Shown here: positions 28,795-37,821 of the stretch, piece after piece
Layout of the letters: each line of letters opens with the position of its first letter
How positions within the stretch are numbered: the stretch's first letter is position 1
IMG/VR virus record: IMGVR_UViG_3300042892_003815
Span: 126,951 to 190,950 of that record
Reading direction: 5' to 3' (one strand)
From: a virus
DNA: 64,000 nt
Notes under the pieces: model-generated
The model's database searches: none
What the model was told of the DNA's origin: nothing
Seen by the model: the letters and a program-made list of their open reading frames with translations, nothing else
Position numbers and translations under genes: made by a program

Positions 28795-30522
28795 TTATCT
28801 AAGGTATTTTTTAGTTATTATATTATCGTTTTGATATATTTTAAGTATTAAGATTTGTCCGGAAGGCAAATCCTCTAAATTATTACCTTCTATTGTTTTT
28901 ATATGTCTATTAAATAAATCATAAACTTCTATCCTCTTAACTATATTTATTTTATCCTCGTCATCCTCGTCATCATCCTCGTCATCATCCTCGTCATCCG
29001 GTGACTTATATTTTATGAAGAAACGTTTATTAAATTCTCCAGTAGTAGTACTAAATGTATAAGGTTCTGAAAGATCATGCCATATATCAAAAGATTTATC
29101 AAATAAATAGACATCTTTTATCTTCCCTTCTTTCTCAATATTAATTGTAAATTGACCATTTACTGCACTAAAATAACCTAATTTAACTACATCGTCTTCA
29201 TCAAATTCCCCTCTTGCTTGTATATCATATTTAGTATCCCCCTCAATAGAATAGAATTTAAGAGGTAATCTCACATTGACTATTTTACTATCCCATCCTT
29301 TATTATAATCTAAGTCAGAACTTGAGTTATAACCAATCAATTGTTGAGAAAATAATACACCATCGGTCATATTCAACCAAAGACTTCTTTTATTATTATT
29401 ACTATTATTACTACCTCTAAAAAAAGAAACTGCCGTTGTATTGACATAAGCCTTTGACATTAAATTAGGAGTGAAAACTAAGTTATTTGTACTTTCTGCT
29501 TCTACCAAAAACCCTTGACAACTACCAATAACATTAGATGGTCTTTTACCACCAAATACTGCATTTATTCCACCTAACTTAGTATATTTTGCATAGTCAC
29601 TTGCAGAAAAATTAAATTGTGCTAAACCAGAATATGATGCACTCAATGTGTTTGTATGTGTCCAAAAATATAAAGTTCCTGATATATTTGAAATATTTGC
29701 ATCAATAAAGTCATTTGAGTTTATACTTGCCGAGTAAGGATTTCCTACTAAATTGAAATCATCAATATCACTTGTAGTATTTTGACTTAATTCTAATGGT
29801 ATACTAATTATTCCAGTATTTAAAGGTCCGATAAATGTAACTGTTTCGGTTCTAGGATAGACTCCAGTTGCAACTATTGACTTAATCATTGATGCATATC
29901 CTTTACCCGGAATCATATTATCATTTATAGTAGTTCTTGTCCAAGTATCTTGATTATCATCCTGTCCATCTGGAACATTTGATATAAATGTACCCCAATA
30001 TGATGTCTCAACATCATAAAAATTAGATGTATTAAATCTAAATGTATAATTAGGTTCCCATTTAGTTGGAAGTAAAGCCGTACCTATTGTTGTAGAAACC
30101 GGACTACTCCAATAAGTATAGTCATATCTTTTTGTAGATGGTGTTCTTCTTTCTATCTTAATAATTCCAGTAGAAATTGCACTGTTATTATTAGGAATCA
30201 GAGAACCACCAGACTTTACTAATAATGTACCTGTAGGATCAACTGTAATATTTGAATAAATATTACAGTAATCACCAACATCTATAGTTAAATATCCTTG
30301 ATTAGTAACATAAAGAGAACAACAATCTATTGAACCATCATTACCAGTATCATAAACCCCATCTATAACTGCCGTTTTTACAGAATCTGGGTTTCCATTA
30401 GACCAACTAGTTCCATCCCAAGTAGTACTATTCGTACATTGAGAATATCCATTATACACGAACAGCATCAATAAAATTGATGCTGTTCTTAATAATAGAA
30501 AATTTGTTTTTTTAATTTTCAT
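28795..30522 (-). CDS. Secreted Flavobacterium-like T9SS cargo protein (type A sorting-domain-like C-terminus)
   Basis: Signal peptide ending GYS-Q; YTYWSSPV, PGKGY, FNLVGNPY, LYFWTH, QGFLV, LWLN, IQARG, RFFIKY blocks; C-terminal VYDLFNR…LPSG…ILKI…TKK. Confidence 0.75.
   Translation of the reverse strand: MKIKKTNFLLLRTASILLMLFVYNGYSQCTNSTTWDGTSWSNGNPDSVKTAVIDGVYDTGNDGSIDCCSLYVTNQGYLTIDVGDYCNIYSNITVDPTGTLLVKSGGSLIPNNNSAISTGIIKIERRTPSTKRYDYTYWSSPVSTTIGTALLPTKWEPNYTFRFNTSNFYDVETSYWGTFISNVPDGQDDNQDTWTRTTINDNMIPGKGYASMIKSIVATGVYPRTETVTFIGPLNTGIISIPLELSQNTTSDIDDFNLVGNPYSASINSNDFIDANISNISGTLYFWTHTNTLSASYSGLAQFNFSASDYAKYTKLGGINAVFGGKRPSNVIGSCQGFLVEAESTNNLVFTPNLMSKAYVNTTAVSFFRGSNNSNNNKRSLWLNMTDGVLFSQQLIGYNSSSDLDYNKGWDSKIVNVRLPLKFYSIEGDTKYDIQARGEFDEDDVVKLGYFSAVNGQFTINIEKEGKIKDVYLFDKSFDIWHDLSEPYTFSTTTGEFNKRFFIKYKSPDDEDDDEDDDEDDEDKINIVKRIEVYDLFNRHIKTIEGNNLEDLPSGQILILKIYQNDNIITKKYLR
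28955..28998. repeat. Short tandem repeat (TCATCCTCGTCA-type) encoding a DDED tract
   Basis: Direct repeats visible in the sequence; encodes DDEDDDEDDDEDDED. Confidence 0.85.
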
Positions 30523-30538
30523 ATTTTTTTGTTTTTTT

Positions 30539-30769
30539 TTATAAACTAAAGTAATTACTTAGTATATCGATAGTTTGTTTATCATCTTCATGATACCAAA
30601 GTTCTTTACCAACTAAAGAGATTTTCTCATCAGTAATTAAAGTTCTTAATGAACCTTCTGTTTGAAACAACTCTAATTCTTCATCTTTTAAATGAATACT
30701 AGTTGAACCATCTTGTCCTTCGTTAGGTCTATAAGACTCTTTTAGAAATTCGTTAAATTTTTTTATCAT
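30539..30769 (-). CDS. Small hypothetical protein, capsid-targeting-like N-terminus
   Basis: 76 aa ORF starting MIKKFNEFLKES. Confidence 0.75.
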   Translation of the reverse strand: MIKKFNEFLKESYRPNEGQDGSTSIHLKDEELELFQTEGSLRTLITDEKISLVGKELWYHEDDKQTIDILSNYFSL

Positions 30770-30784
30770 AATATTTATATTTTT

Positions 30785-31030
30785 TTATTTATTAAACCAA
30801 ATTACATATCTTGTACCATCTGGTTGTTCTGCACTAAATACTGGATTCTTTCTACTCATATGTAATCCATCCGAATAATAACCAGTCCCATCATCTTTTG
30901 TTATATCACCATCTTCGATAGCTTCTTTAAACTCTTGTACAGTAAAGACTTCACCATAATGAGGAATTTCATCTGTGAAAATTGGATCATTTAAACCCTC
31001 GTTGAACTTCTCAAAACTTTTTATAATCAT
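30785..31030 (-). CDS. Small hypothetical protein, capsid-targeting-like N-terminus
   Basis: 81 aa ORF starting MIIKSFEKFNEG; TTATATATA 4 nt before ATG. Confidence 0.75.
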   Translation of the reverse strand: MIIKSFEKFNEGLNDPIFTDEIPHYGEVFTVQEFKEAIEDGDITKDDGTGYYSDGLHMSRKNPVFSAEQPDGTRYVIWFNK

Positions 31031-31056
31031 AATGTATATATAAAACTTTTTTTTCG

Positions 31057-31064
31057 TATATTTG
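31057..31064 (+). promoter_or_regulatory. Bacteroidota-type -7 element driving the early accessory operon
   Basis: TATATTTG 6 nt upstream of ATG 31071. Confidence 0.65.
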
Positions 31065-31070
31065 CTTTAA

Positions 31071-31646
31071 ATGAAAAAAGAAATGAATATATGGTTCACA
31101 AGTGATACACATTACGGTCACAAGAACATCGCGGGAAAAGAGGTTTCTCGTTGGACATCAGGGTTTAGAAAATTTGCATCGGTTCAACAAATGAACGAAG
31201 CACTTATTGCTAACATCAACAAATATGTAAAAGAGGACGATATTTTATATCACCTTGGAGACTTTGCGTTTGGTGATGCTAATGTAATAAGAGAATTTAG
31301 AAACTCTTTGGTTTGTAAAAACATTCACTTAATTTTAGGAAACCACGATCAAGAAATCGAGGACTCCTTAGAATTACAAGAAATTTTTACAAGTGTTGGG
31401 TATGTTTACACAGGATATGTTGGAAAACAACAATTCCACTTATCACACTACTCACACAGAATATGGCCAAAATCTCACAGAGGTACAATACACCTTTACG
31501 GACATTCACACGGAAGTATTCCTGATTACGGAAGATCTATGGATGTTGGTGTAGATACTCACAAAGATTTTAGACCATATCACATCAACGAAATTTACTC
31601 TATAATGAGTAAAAGAGAGGTTCATAAAATTGATCATCATGGATAA
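31071..31646 (+). CDS. Calcineurin-like metallophosphoesterase
   Basis: FTSDTHYGH, LGDFA, LGNHD, SHY, LYGHSHG, DVGVD. Confidence 0.9.
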   Translation: MKKEMNIWFTSDTHYGHKNIAGKEVSRWTSGFRKFASVQQMNEALIANINKYVKEDDILYHLGDFAFGDANVIREFRNSLVCKNIHLILGNHDQEIEDSLELQEIFTSVGYVYTGYVGKQQFHLSHYSHRIWPKSHRGTIHLYGHSHGSIPDYGRSMDVGVDTHKDFRPYHINEIYSIMSKREVHKIDHHG

Positions 31647-31812
31647 TAAGTTGAAATCTGAGTTAGCTTGGTTAAAATTACAGTTAAACTCACATTATGG
31701 AACTGAAAGGATTTCTACCTCTGGAACAATTAAACGTGTATCCGAGATTAAGAAAATACTTAAAAGAGTAGAGAAAAGAAAAAATAAAATACTTCATTTA
31801 ACAAATGGATGA
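31639..31812 (+). CDS. Small hypothetical protein
   Basis: ATG at 31639 overlaps the upstream stop region; ends RKNKILHLTNG. Confidence 0.65.
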   Translation: MDNKLKSELAWLKLQLNSHYGTERISTSGTIKRVSEIKKILKRVEKRKNKILHLTNG

Positions 31813-32122
31813 TAGATTTGAAATGGGAGACCAAGTTGTTTGTATAAAACAATTTGATACATTAAAACCAGGTAGTCACTACGCCATAAAAGGTTGTGGT
31901 GACTTATATTGGAATATGGCCACTGATAAAAAGGGGTATGGTTTCTGTATTGAAGATGATAGTTTTGCTTATGATATACCAAATTGGTGGAACTTACCAT
32001 ATGATCAAAGAATAAAGTTTCATTACTTTACTTTAGAAGAAATGGACGAGTACTTTATAACACAGACAGAAGATTATAAATCTTATGTAAGAGATAATAA
32101 ATTAAAAGAATTGGGAATATGA
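31805..32122 (+). CDS. Hypothetical protein
   Basis: 105 aa; ends RDNKLKELGI. Confidence 0.75.
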   Translation: MDDRFEMGDQVVCIKQFDTLKPGSHYAIKGCGDLYWNMATDKKGYGFCIEDDSFAYDIPNWWNLPYDQRIKFHYFTLEEMDEYFITQTEDYKSYVRDNKLKELGI

Positions 32123-32541
32123 AAGATAATAATTATAATTTTAAACCTGCATTATATTTTGATTGTACTTATGGAACTAATATACATACTTATTATAAGT
32201 TTCCATTTGGATTAAACGCAGATGAAACTTTTAATATCCTAACACCATATTGGAAAGAAAGTTTAGAAAAAATAAATCTAATTGAATCCTTAAATGATAG
32301 TCATTTTCCATTTGATATTAAAAATCTTACATTTGAACAAAAGTATCATATATTACAAGGAATGGCAGCAGGACTTCCAATTGATGATATTATTTATTTT
32401 TCCATTGATGATATTAAAGATTATATGAACAATGATATAAAATCTGAAATGAAATACTTCTCATTAAAGACACAATGGGTAGTATCTCCAAAAACTTGGA
32501 ATAGAATAAAAGAACAATTAAAAATTGAAGAATTAGTATGA
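32119..32541 (+). CDS. Hypothetical protein
   Basis: 140 aa; ATGA overlaps at both ends. Confidence 0.75.
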   Translation: MKDNNYNFKPALYFDCTYGTNIHTYYKFPFGLNADETFNILTPYWKESLEKINLIESLNDSHFPFDIKNLTFEQKYHILQGMAAGLPIDDIIYFSIDDIKDYMNNDIKSEMKYFSLKTQWVVSPKTWNRIKEQLKIEELV

Positions 32542-33158
32542 TAGATATATTTGGTAATGTACCAATTGACTTAACGAAAATTGTTTGTCACTCTGGCGGT
32601 GCTGAGGGTGCAGATACCGTTTGGGAGAATAAAGGTACTATCTATGGTGTGAAAACTAAAGCTTATTCTTATAAGACAAAGTATCATACTACCGATAATA
32701 AAGTTGAGATTAGTGATTCTGACTATGAAGAAGGTGTAAAAGCAATTCAGATTGCTAATAAAACTTTAGGTAGATTTGGTATTCATCGATTTATGAACTT
32801 ACTAGCAAGAAATTGGGCACAAGTAAAGTATTCTGATGAAGTATTTGCCATTGGAACTATTGTCGCTGCTGGTAAAAAAGGTTCAAAAGGATTTTATAAT
32901 AAGTCACAATTTGAAGTTGTTGATGGTGGTACTGGTTATGCTGTTCAAATGGCAGTTGATAATCAAAAAACAGTTTATGTTTTTGATCAGGAAAAAGATA
33001 AATGGTTTAGATGGTCTTATACGTCATTATCGTTTAGAGAATTGAAAGGTACTCCGGTTATTACAAGTGAAAATTTTGCAGGAATTGGAACAAGAGAAAT
33101 TAAACCAAATGGTATTTTAGCAATACAAGAGGTCTATAATTTAACATTTAGTAAATAA
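32538..33158 (+). CDS. SLOG-superfamily (YspA/DprA-like) nucleotide-binding protein
   Basis: CHSGGAEGAD, ARNWAQV, GGTGYAV, VYVFDQ, FAGIGTRE. Confidence 0.7.
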   Translation: MIDIFGNVPIDLTKIVCHSGGAEGADTVWENKGTIYGVKTKAYSYKTKYHTTDNKVEISDSDYEEGVKAIQIANKTLGRFGIHRFMNLLARNWAQVKYSDEVFAIGTIVAAGKKGSKGFYNKSQFEVVDGGTGYAVQMAVDNQKTVYVFDQEKDKWFRWSYTSLSFRELKGTPVITSENFAGIGTREIKPNGILAIQEVYNLTFSK

Positions 33159-33517
33159 TGGAGAGAGTAATAGTTGAAATGACACCCTTTATATTTGAAG
33201 ATGGTAATACCTACTATTTTCAAATCTTTAATAGACCGAGCACTAATGATTATCAAGATTTATATGTTTATGAAAAATCATCATATAAAACCTGGTATGG
33301 TGTCACAAAATATAAGTTTATTCAATTAAATGAACGTCCAGAATTGGTAGATTATAGACTAAGTACAAGTGAGATAAAACAAAGTATTAAAAAGATACTA
33401 ACTTGTACAAAAGCTTCATATCTAATAAAAGATTGGGATGGATTTGTCGGTGATATACCAGACCATGTAAAAAAATCATTAAGTAGAGACAATAAATTAA
33501 AAGATTTAGGAATATAA
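33158..33517 (+). CDS. Hypothetical protein
   Basis: 119 aa; TAATG coupling; ends RDNKLKDLGI. Confidence 0.75.
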   Translation: MERVIVEMTPFIFEDGNTYYFQIFNRPSTNDYQDLYVYEKSSYKTWYGVTKYKFIQLNERPELVDYRLSTSEIKQSIKKILTCTKASYLIKDWDGFVGDIPDHVKKSLSRDNKLKDLGI

Positions 33518-33948
33518 TGAAAAAATCAGCAGGGGTAATAATAATTTTAAATAATACTAAAATACTTCTTTCACACGCAACTAATGCAAGATGGGAGAAA
33601 ACCTTCTCATTTCCTAAAGGTGGAATTGAAAAAGATGAAAAACGAATAGTCGCTGCAATTAGAGAATTGGCAGAAGAGACTTCTATTGTAATTACTAGAG
33701 AACAGATTTCTAATAAAGAAGAACCCATTGTAGTAAATTATGTTGATAAATATGGTGAAAACTATAAGAGATTATACTTATATACTGTTTATATTGAAGA
33801 CATTTCCGAGATCGGGTTAGAATCTGAAATAGTACCGATTGAAAATCTTCAAGCAGATGAATTAGATTGGTGTGGTTTTCTAACAAAAGAAGAAGCAAGA
33901 GATAAAATCTTTAGTAGAGTAGAACATCTATTAGATTTAATCATATAA
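33517..33948 (+). CDS. Nudix hydrolase
   Basis: Nudix box FPKGGIEKDEKRIVAAIRELAEET. Confidence 0.9.
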   Translation: MKKSAGVIIILNNTKILLSHATNARWEKTFSFPKGGIEKDEKRIVAAIRELAEETSIVITREQISNKEEPIVVNYVDKYGENYKRLYLYTVYIEDISEIGLESEIVPIENLQADELDWCGFLTKEEARDKIFSRVEHLLDLII

Positions 33949-33962
33949 CAAATAAAATTGTT

Positions 33963-34295
33963 ATGGGAGAAATAAATTTAGATAATCCAATTTTTGCTTT
34001 TTATGTAAGTGTTGCCGGGATGTCACGTCAAACTGCTGCTCACCACTTAGCAGAATTTAAAAATCAACTTAGTTATGATAATATAACTACGTGGGTACTA
34101 CCAGTTCAAGGTGAAAGTAAAGTAGAGTGTGTTTATCCAGGTAAAAGTATGTATAACACACCAGAATTGGAAAATCTGATAAAAGAAATAAATGAGAGAA
34201 TTGAGTTATTTGCTGATTCAGATTCATTTGAAGATTTTAAGATAAATATAAGAGATTGGCGAATAGGAAAAATTTTCAATGAGAGCAATAAATAA
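33963..34295 (+). CDS. Hypothetical protein
   Basis: 110 aa; ends IRDWRIGKIFNESNK. Confidence 0.75.
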   Translation: MGEINLDNPIFAFYVSVAGMSRQTAAHHLAEFKNQLSYDNITTWVLPVQGESKVECVYPGKSMYNTPELENLIKEINERIELFADSDSFEDFKINIRDWRIGKIFNESNK

Positions 34296-34635
34296 AACAT
34301 ATGAGGATAAACTCTTTAGGAAAGAAATAAACATGGAATCTACCATGTGGTGGGATTACTATGACTATTCTCCTGGATGGGAAGACTATGATAATTATTT
34401 TGATTATGGATATAATAAAAGTGCTGATGGAAATTTACATCTTTTACCTAACTTAGATTATATTCATAGCAAAGGAAGAAAAATGTATCATGCAGTTGAT
34501 ATGGAATCTTTCTACTCAAAAGAAGTTATGAGAGAAAAACGAATAAATGATTTACTAGGATTACCTGGTGGGACAATAAGAACTGAAAGACCAACACTTG
34601 GTGATTTAATTAGAAAAGATGTACGTAACTCCTAA
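34279..34635 (+). CDS. Hypothetical Tyr/Asp-rich protein
   Basis: 118 aa; contains REKRINDLLG. Confidence 0.7.
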   Translation: MRAINKTYEDKLFRKEINMESTMWWDYYDYSPGWEDYDNYFDYGYNKSADGNLHLLPNLDYIHSKGRKMYHAVDMESFYSKEVMREKRINDLLGLPGGTIRTERPTLGDLIRKDVRNS

Positions 34636-35035
34636 TCATATAAAAGAATTAAAAGAAAATGAGATATTCGTTTTCGGTAGTAATAGACAAGGTCGTCACG
34701 GAAAAGGTGCGGCTTTAACTGCAAGAATCAAGTTTGGTGCGATATACGGACAATCTGAAGGTCTTCAAGGTCAATCATATGCTATAATAACAAAGGAACT
34801 ACGAAAAGAGTATCAACCAGTAAGTTTAGGTGAGATTAAACTGGGTGTTGATACTTTTATTCAATTTGCTAAAGACAATAAGCATCTAACTTTTTATGTA
34901 GTTGAGTTAGGTTGTAACTTAGCTTATTTTACAGTAGAGGAAATTGCACCTCTTTTTAAATCAGCAATGAAATTAAAAAACATTTATTTGCCACAAAGGT
35001 TTATTGATAATTTACAAACCGGATTTACAATATGA
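34619..35035 (+). CDS. Macro-domain-like phage protein (A1S_2505-like family)
   Basis: IFVFGSNRQGRHGKGAA…FGAIYGQSEGLQGQSYAIIT…LGCNLA signature. Confidence 0.7.
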   Translation: MYVTPNHIKELKENEIFVFGSNRQGRHGKGAALTARIKFGAIYGQSEGLQGQSYAIITKELRKEYQPVSLGEIKLGVDTFIQFAKDNKHLTFYVVELGCNLAYFTVEEIAPLFKSAMKLKNIYLPQRFIDNLQTGFTI

Positions 35036-35466
35036 ATAAAGAACAATTAAAGGAACTGATTGAAAAAGAAGGTGACTCATTACTATGGAATCATACTTGT
35101 AGTAATAATGTTACTATTGAGTGTTCTATACATAGAAATGGAGTAAAAGCTTTATGTGGATATATCACTTTAACACCTGATAACTCATTATATGGTGTTG
35201 GTTATGATGATTTAGATTTACAAGCACACGGTGGTTTAACATATAATTCATATGATGATAATAATAACTGGGTCATTGGATTTGATTGTGCACATCATGG
35301 AGATTTAACACCTTATTTTTTATTAGATGAAGATAGTGTCTTTGGATTAAGAGGCACTTATAGAGATATGCAATATGTAAAATCAGAGTGTGAAAACTTA
35401 GCAGAACAAGCTTCAAAATTTAGTAAATCAATAGTAAGATATAATAAAATTAGTCAAATTATTTAA
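35032..35466 (+). CDS. Conserved hypothetical phage protein
   Basis: LCGYI…AHGGLTY…WVIGFDCAHHGD, a common phage family of unknown function. Confidence 0.75.
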   Translation: MNKEQLKELIEKEGDSLLWNHTCSNNVTIECSIHRNGVKALCGYITLTPDNSLYGVGYDDLDLQAHGGLTYNSYDDNNNWVIGFDCAHHGDLTPYFLLDEDSVFGLRGTYRDMQYVKSECENLAEQASKFSKSIVRYNKISQII

Positions 35467-35476
35467 AATATTTTTG

Positions 35477-35484
35477 TATATTTG
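35477..35484 (+). promoter_or_regulatory. Bacteroidota-type -7 element
   Basis: TATATTTG upstream of ATG 35501. Confidence 0.6.
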
Positions 35485-35500
35485 TAGAAATATAAACACT

Positions 35501-35605
35501 ATGGACTACGATTTAGAAAATTATTCTGCTGAACAAGCATACTATTTATCACAAATGTATAATGACTTTATTGAGTCAGAATTACTACAGGAACTTAACA
35601 ATTAA
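35501..35605 (+). CDS. Small acidic protein (34 aa), not in the ORF track
   Basis: MDYDLENYSAEQAYYLSQMYNDFIESELLQELNN*; sits between the promoter and the next ATG, 1 nt after its stop. Confidence 0.55.
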   Translation: MDYDLENYSAEQAYYLSQMYNDFIESELLQELNN

Positions 35606-35606
35606 A

Positions 35607-36215
35607 ATGGAAGACGGAGATATGGTCGCATACACTTATACTGAGATACCCTCAGATTTTTCACCTTTGAGTGAAATCAGAAACTTAAAAATTAGATTGA
35701 TTACCGAAGACGTAAAGTTTAAGGTTTTTGAAAATACCCTTGATAGATATGAAAGTTATCTAAGATTTATAGGTAATCAATATCCAAATTCTATCATTAC
35801 TGGTTCACTCGCTTTAAATTTATATTCTCTAATAAATAGACCAATTAAAGACATTGATTTAATTGTAGATCAAAGGCCTACCGGAGGATTTCACAGAGAT
35901 AGATATGGTGATGAAAATATTGAATTAAATTCTGAAAGACTTGGTTATCAATATATCACAGAAGAATTCAGTTGGAAACGTATCTTTAATAAAAGAAAAA
36001 CTTTTAATGTAGATTTCTTCTTAGATAAGAATGATAAAGTAAAGTATAATACATTTATTTTTAATAAGAAAACTTACAAAATACAAGATCCTGTTCAAAT
36101 TATAGAACAAAAACTAGAAATGGTAAATAATGCTGAGAATCATATGTATGAAAGTAAAAGAAAACACAATAAAGACTTGTTTGTGTTCTTTAAAAATTTC
36201 AACTGGAAAGATTAG
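35607..36215 (+). CDS. Pol-beta-superfamily nucleotidyltransferase
   Basis: IITGSLAL…IKDIDLIV (GS…DxD) plus a distal VDFF; start moved to ATG 35607. Confidence 0.75.
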   Translation: MEDGDMVAYTYTEIPSDFSPLSEIRNLKIRLITEDVKFKVFENTLDRYESYLRFIGNQYPNSIITGSLALNLYSLINRPIKDIDLIVDQRPTGGFHRDRYGDENIELNSERLGYQYITEEFSWKRIFNKRKTFNVDFFLDKNDKVKYNTFIFNKKTYKIQDPVQIIEQKLEMVNNAENHMYESKRKHNKDLFVFFKNFNWKD

Positions 36216-36259
36216 GCGATTATATTATATAGTATATCATGATGTTGCATAAAATAATA

Positions 36260-37099
36260 CTAGAAGTTCTTTTTCACTTCTGATGAAACCTCATCAATAG
36301 ACATTTGCTCACCAGATGAATTTCTAGTATTTACAACAATATCATATTTTCCCTCTGGTTGATTTTTAGTATACATCCAATATTCCTTATTATCTTCTTT
36401 GATACCTAACTTAGTTAAGAATTCATCTACCCAGTCACCTTTAAGAACTTCTTTGACAGAAGACTTCGTCCAATATTTGTCTGGATCAACTCCACCTTTT
36501 TCAGACTTAGCTTCGTACTTAAAACAATAAGCACCGACAAAAACTCCTTTAGGATCTCTACCATCAGTTCCTTTTCTTCTTTCTATATTCAAAATCAAAT
36601 GATCAATAGGAGCATGAACTAGAATCCATTTAGGTTTAGATAAACCAGACTTAGTAGTCATTTCCAATATAGTTCCTTGAACATCATCATATATAACACT
36701 TTTACATTGTTCAGATCTTCCAAACGTTCCATTATTATCTTTTAAACCTAATTTACTTATCTTACCAGACTTAGCTTCTTGAGCCATAAACCATCTAGCA
36801 GCCAATTCAAAATCATCAGTTCCTGGAGTAATTTTATAAGGACATCCTGGATAAACTTCAGATAGTTTTGATTTATCTTTATTACCGAAGTCTGCATTAC
36901 CAGCTTCTTCATTTAATAGATTATAAAATGAATCTACTGCTAAAACACACCAGTCATTTGATAAACCTTTAAGTGCAGCACTTTTACCAGAACTTGAAGT
37001 TCCATCTAATAGTATTTGTTTTGATGGTTTTACAAGTTCTTCATCATCTAACTCTTCTAAGATGATTCTAAATTGTTCGTATAATTTTAAATATTTCAT
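36260..37099 (-). CDS. P-loop kinase (AAA_33/phosphotransferase-like) with capsid-targeting-like N-terminus
   Basis: ILLDGTSSSGKS Walker A, LAVDSF, IYDD, RNxERR-like lid (LNIERR). Confidence 0.75.
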   Translation of the reverse strand: MKYLKLYEQFRIILEELDDEELVKPSKQILLDGTSSSGKSAALKGLSNDWCVLAVDSFYNLLNEEAGNADFGNKDKSKLSEVYPGCPYKITPGTDDFELAARWFMAQEAKSGKISKLGLKDNNGTFGRSEQCKSVIYDDVQGTILEMTTKSGLSKPKWILVHAPIDHLILNIERRKGTDGRDPKGVFVGAYCFKYEAKSEKGGVDPDKYWTKSSVKEVLKGDWVDEFLTKLGIKEDNKEYWMYTKNQPEGKYDIVVNTRNSSGEQMSIDEVSSEVKKNF

Positions 37100-37113
37100 A
37101 ATCTATATATTAT

Positions 37114-37145
37114 TTTGTGTATTTATTTTTTTTTTCGTATCTTTG
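37114..37145 (+). promoter_or_regulatory. Bacteroidota-type sigma promoter
   Basis: TTTG 37114-37117, 20 nt spacer, TATCTTTG 37138-37145. Confidence 0.75.
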
Positions 37146-37149
37146 AGCT

Positions 37150-37788
37150 ATGGCAAAATACTCAAACTATAGATACATCTACCCACCTCGCCCTAAAAAT
37201 GCGATAATGTCTAGTGATTTAGACTTCTGGGATAATAACACACTTTTAGCACAACCAAAACTTAATGGTTCCAATACTACTATTTATACAAATGGTGAAA
37301 AACACATTGTAATGAATAGACACAATGGTAGACTTACTAACTTTAGACTTACTGATGAAGAGATAAAATCTATGTACCGTGGAAATGGTGAGTGGATGGT
37401 AATCAATGGCGAATATATGAACAAATCAAAAAGTGATGAAAACCGTAAAGTTTTCAATCACAAGTTTGTTATATTCGATATTCTTGTTTTAGATGGTGAT
37501 TCTTTAGTAGGAAAAACTTTTGAAGAAAGAGTTATCTTACTTGACCAATTGTATGGTATAAAAGCTTGTGAGAAACCTTACTTATATGGTATTTCAGAAA
37601 ACATTTATAGAGTGAAATCTTATACATCAAACTTCTTAGATTTGTATAATGATTTAGTAGAGATTGATATGATCGAAGGTTTAGTTATGAAACGCAGATC
37701 CGGTCGTTTAGAAGCTGGAACTTCTGAGTTGAATAATGTTAAATCTCAAATTAAATGCCGTAAGCCTACCAAAAATTATAGATACTAA
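37150..37788 (+). CDS. Minimal ATP-dependent ligase adenylation domain (RNA or DNA ligase)
   Basis: Motif I QPKLNGS, III INGE, IIIa VIFDIL, IV EGLVMK, V QIKCRK; no OB domain. Confidence 0.8.
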   Translation: MAKYSNYRYIYPPRPKNAIMSSDLDFWDNNTLLAQPKLNGSNTTIYTNGEKHIVMNRHNGRLTNFRLTDEEIKSMYRGNGEWMVINGEYMNKSKSDENRKVFNHKFVIFDILVLDGDSLVGKTFEERVILLDQLYGIKACEKPYLYGISENIYRVKSYTSNFLDLYNDLVEIDMIEGLVMKRRSGRLEAGTSELNNVKSQIKCRKPTKNYRY

Positions 37789-37821
37789 AATTTAATATAT
37801 AAGAAAAACTAATATAATAAA

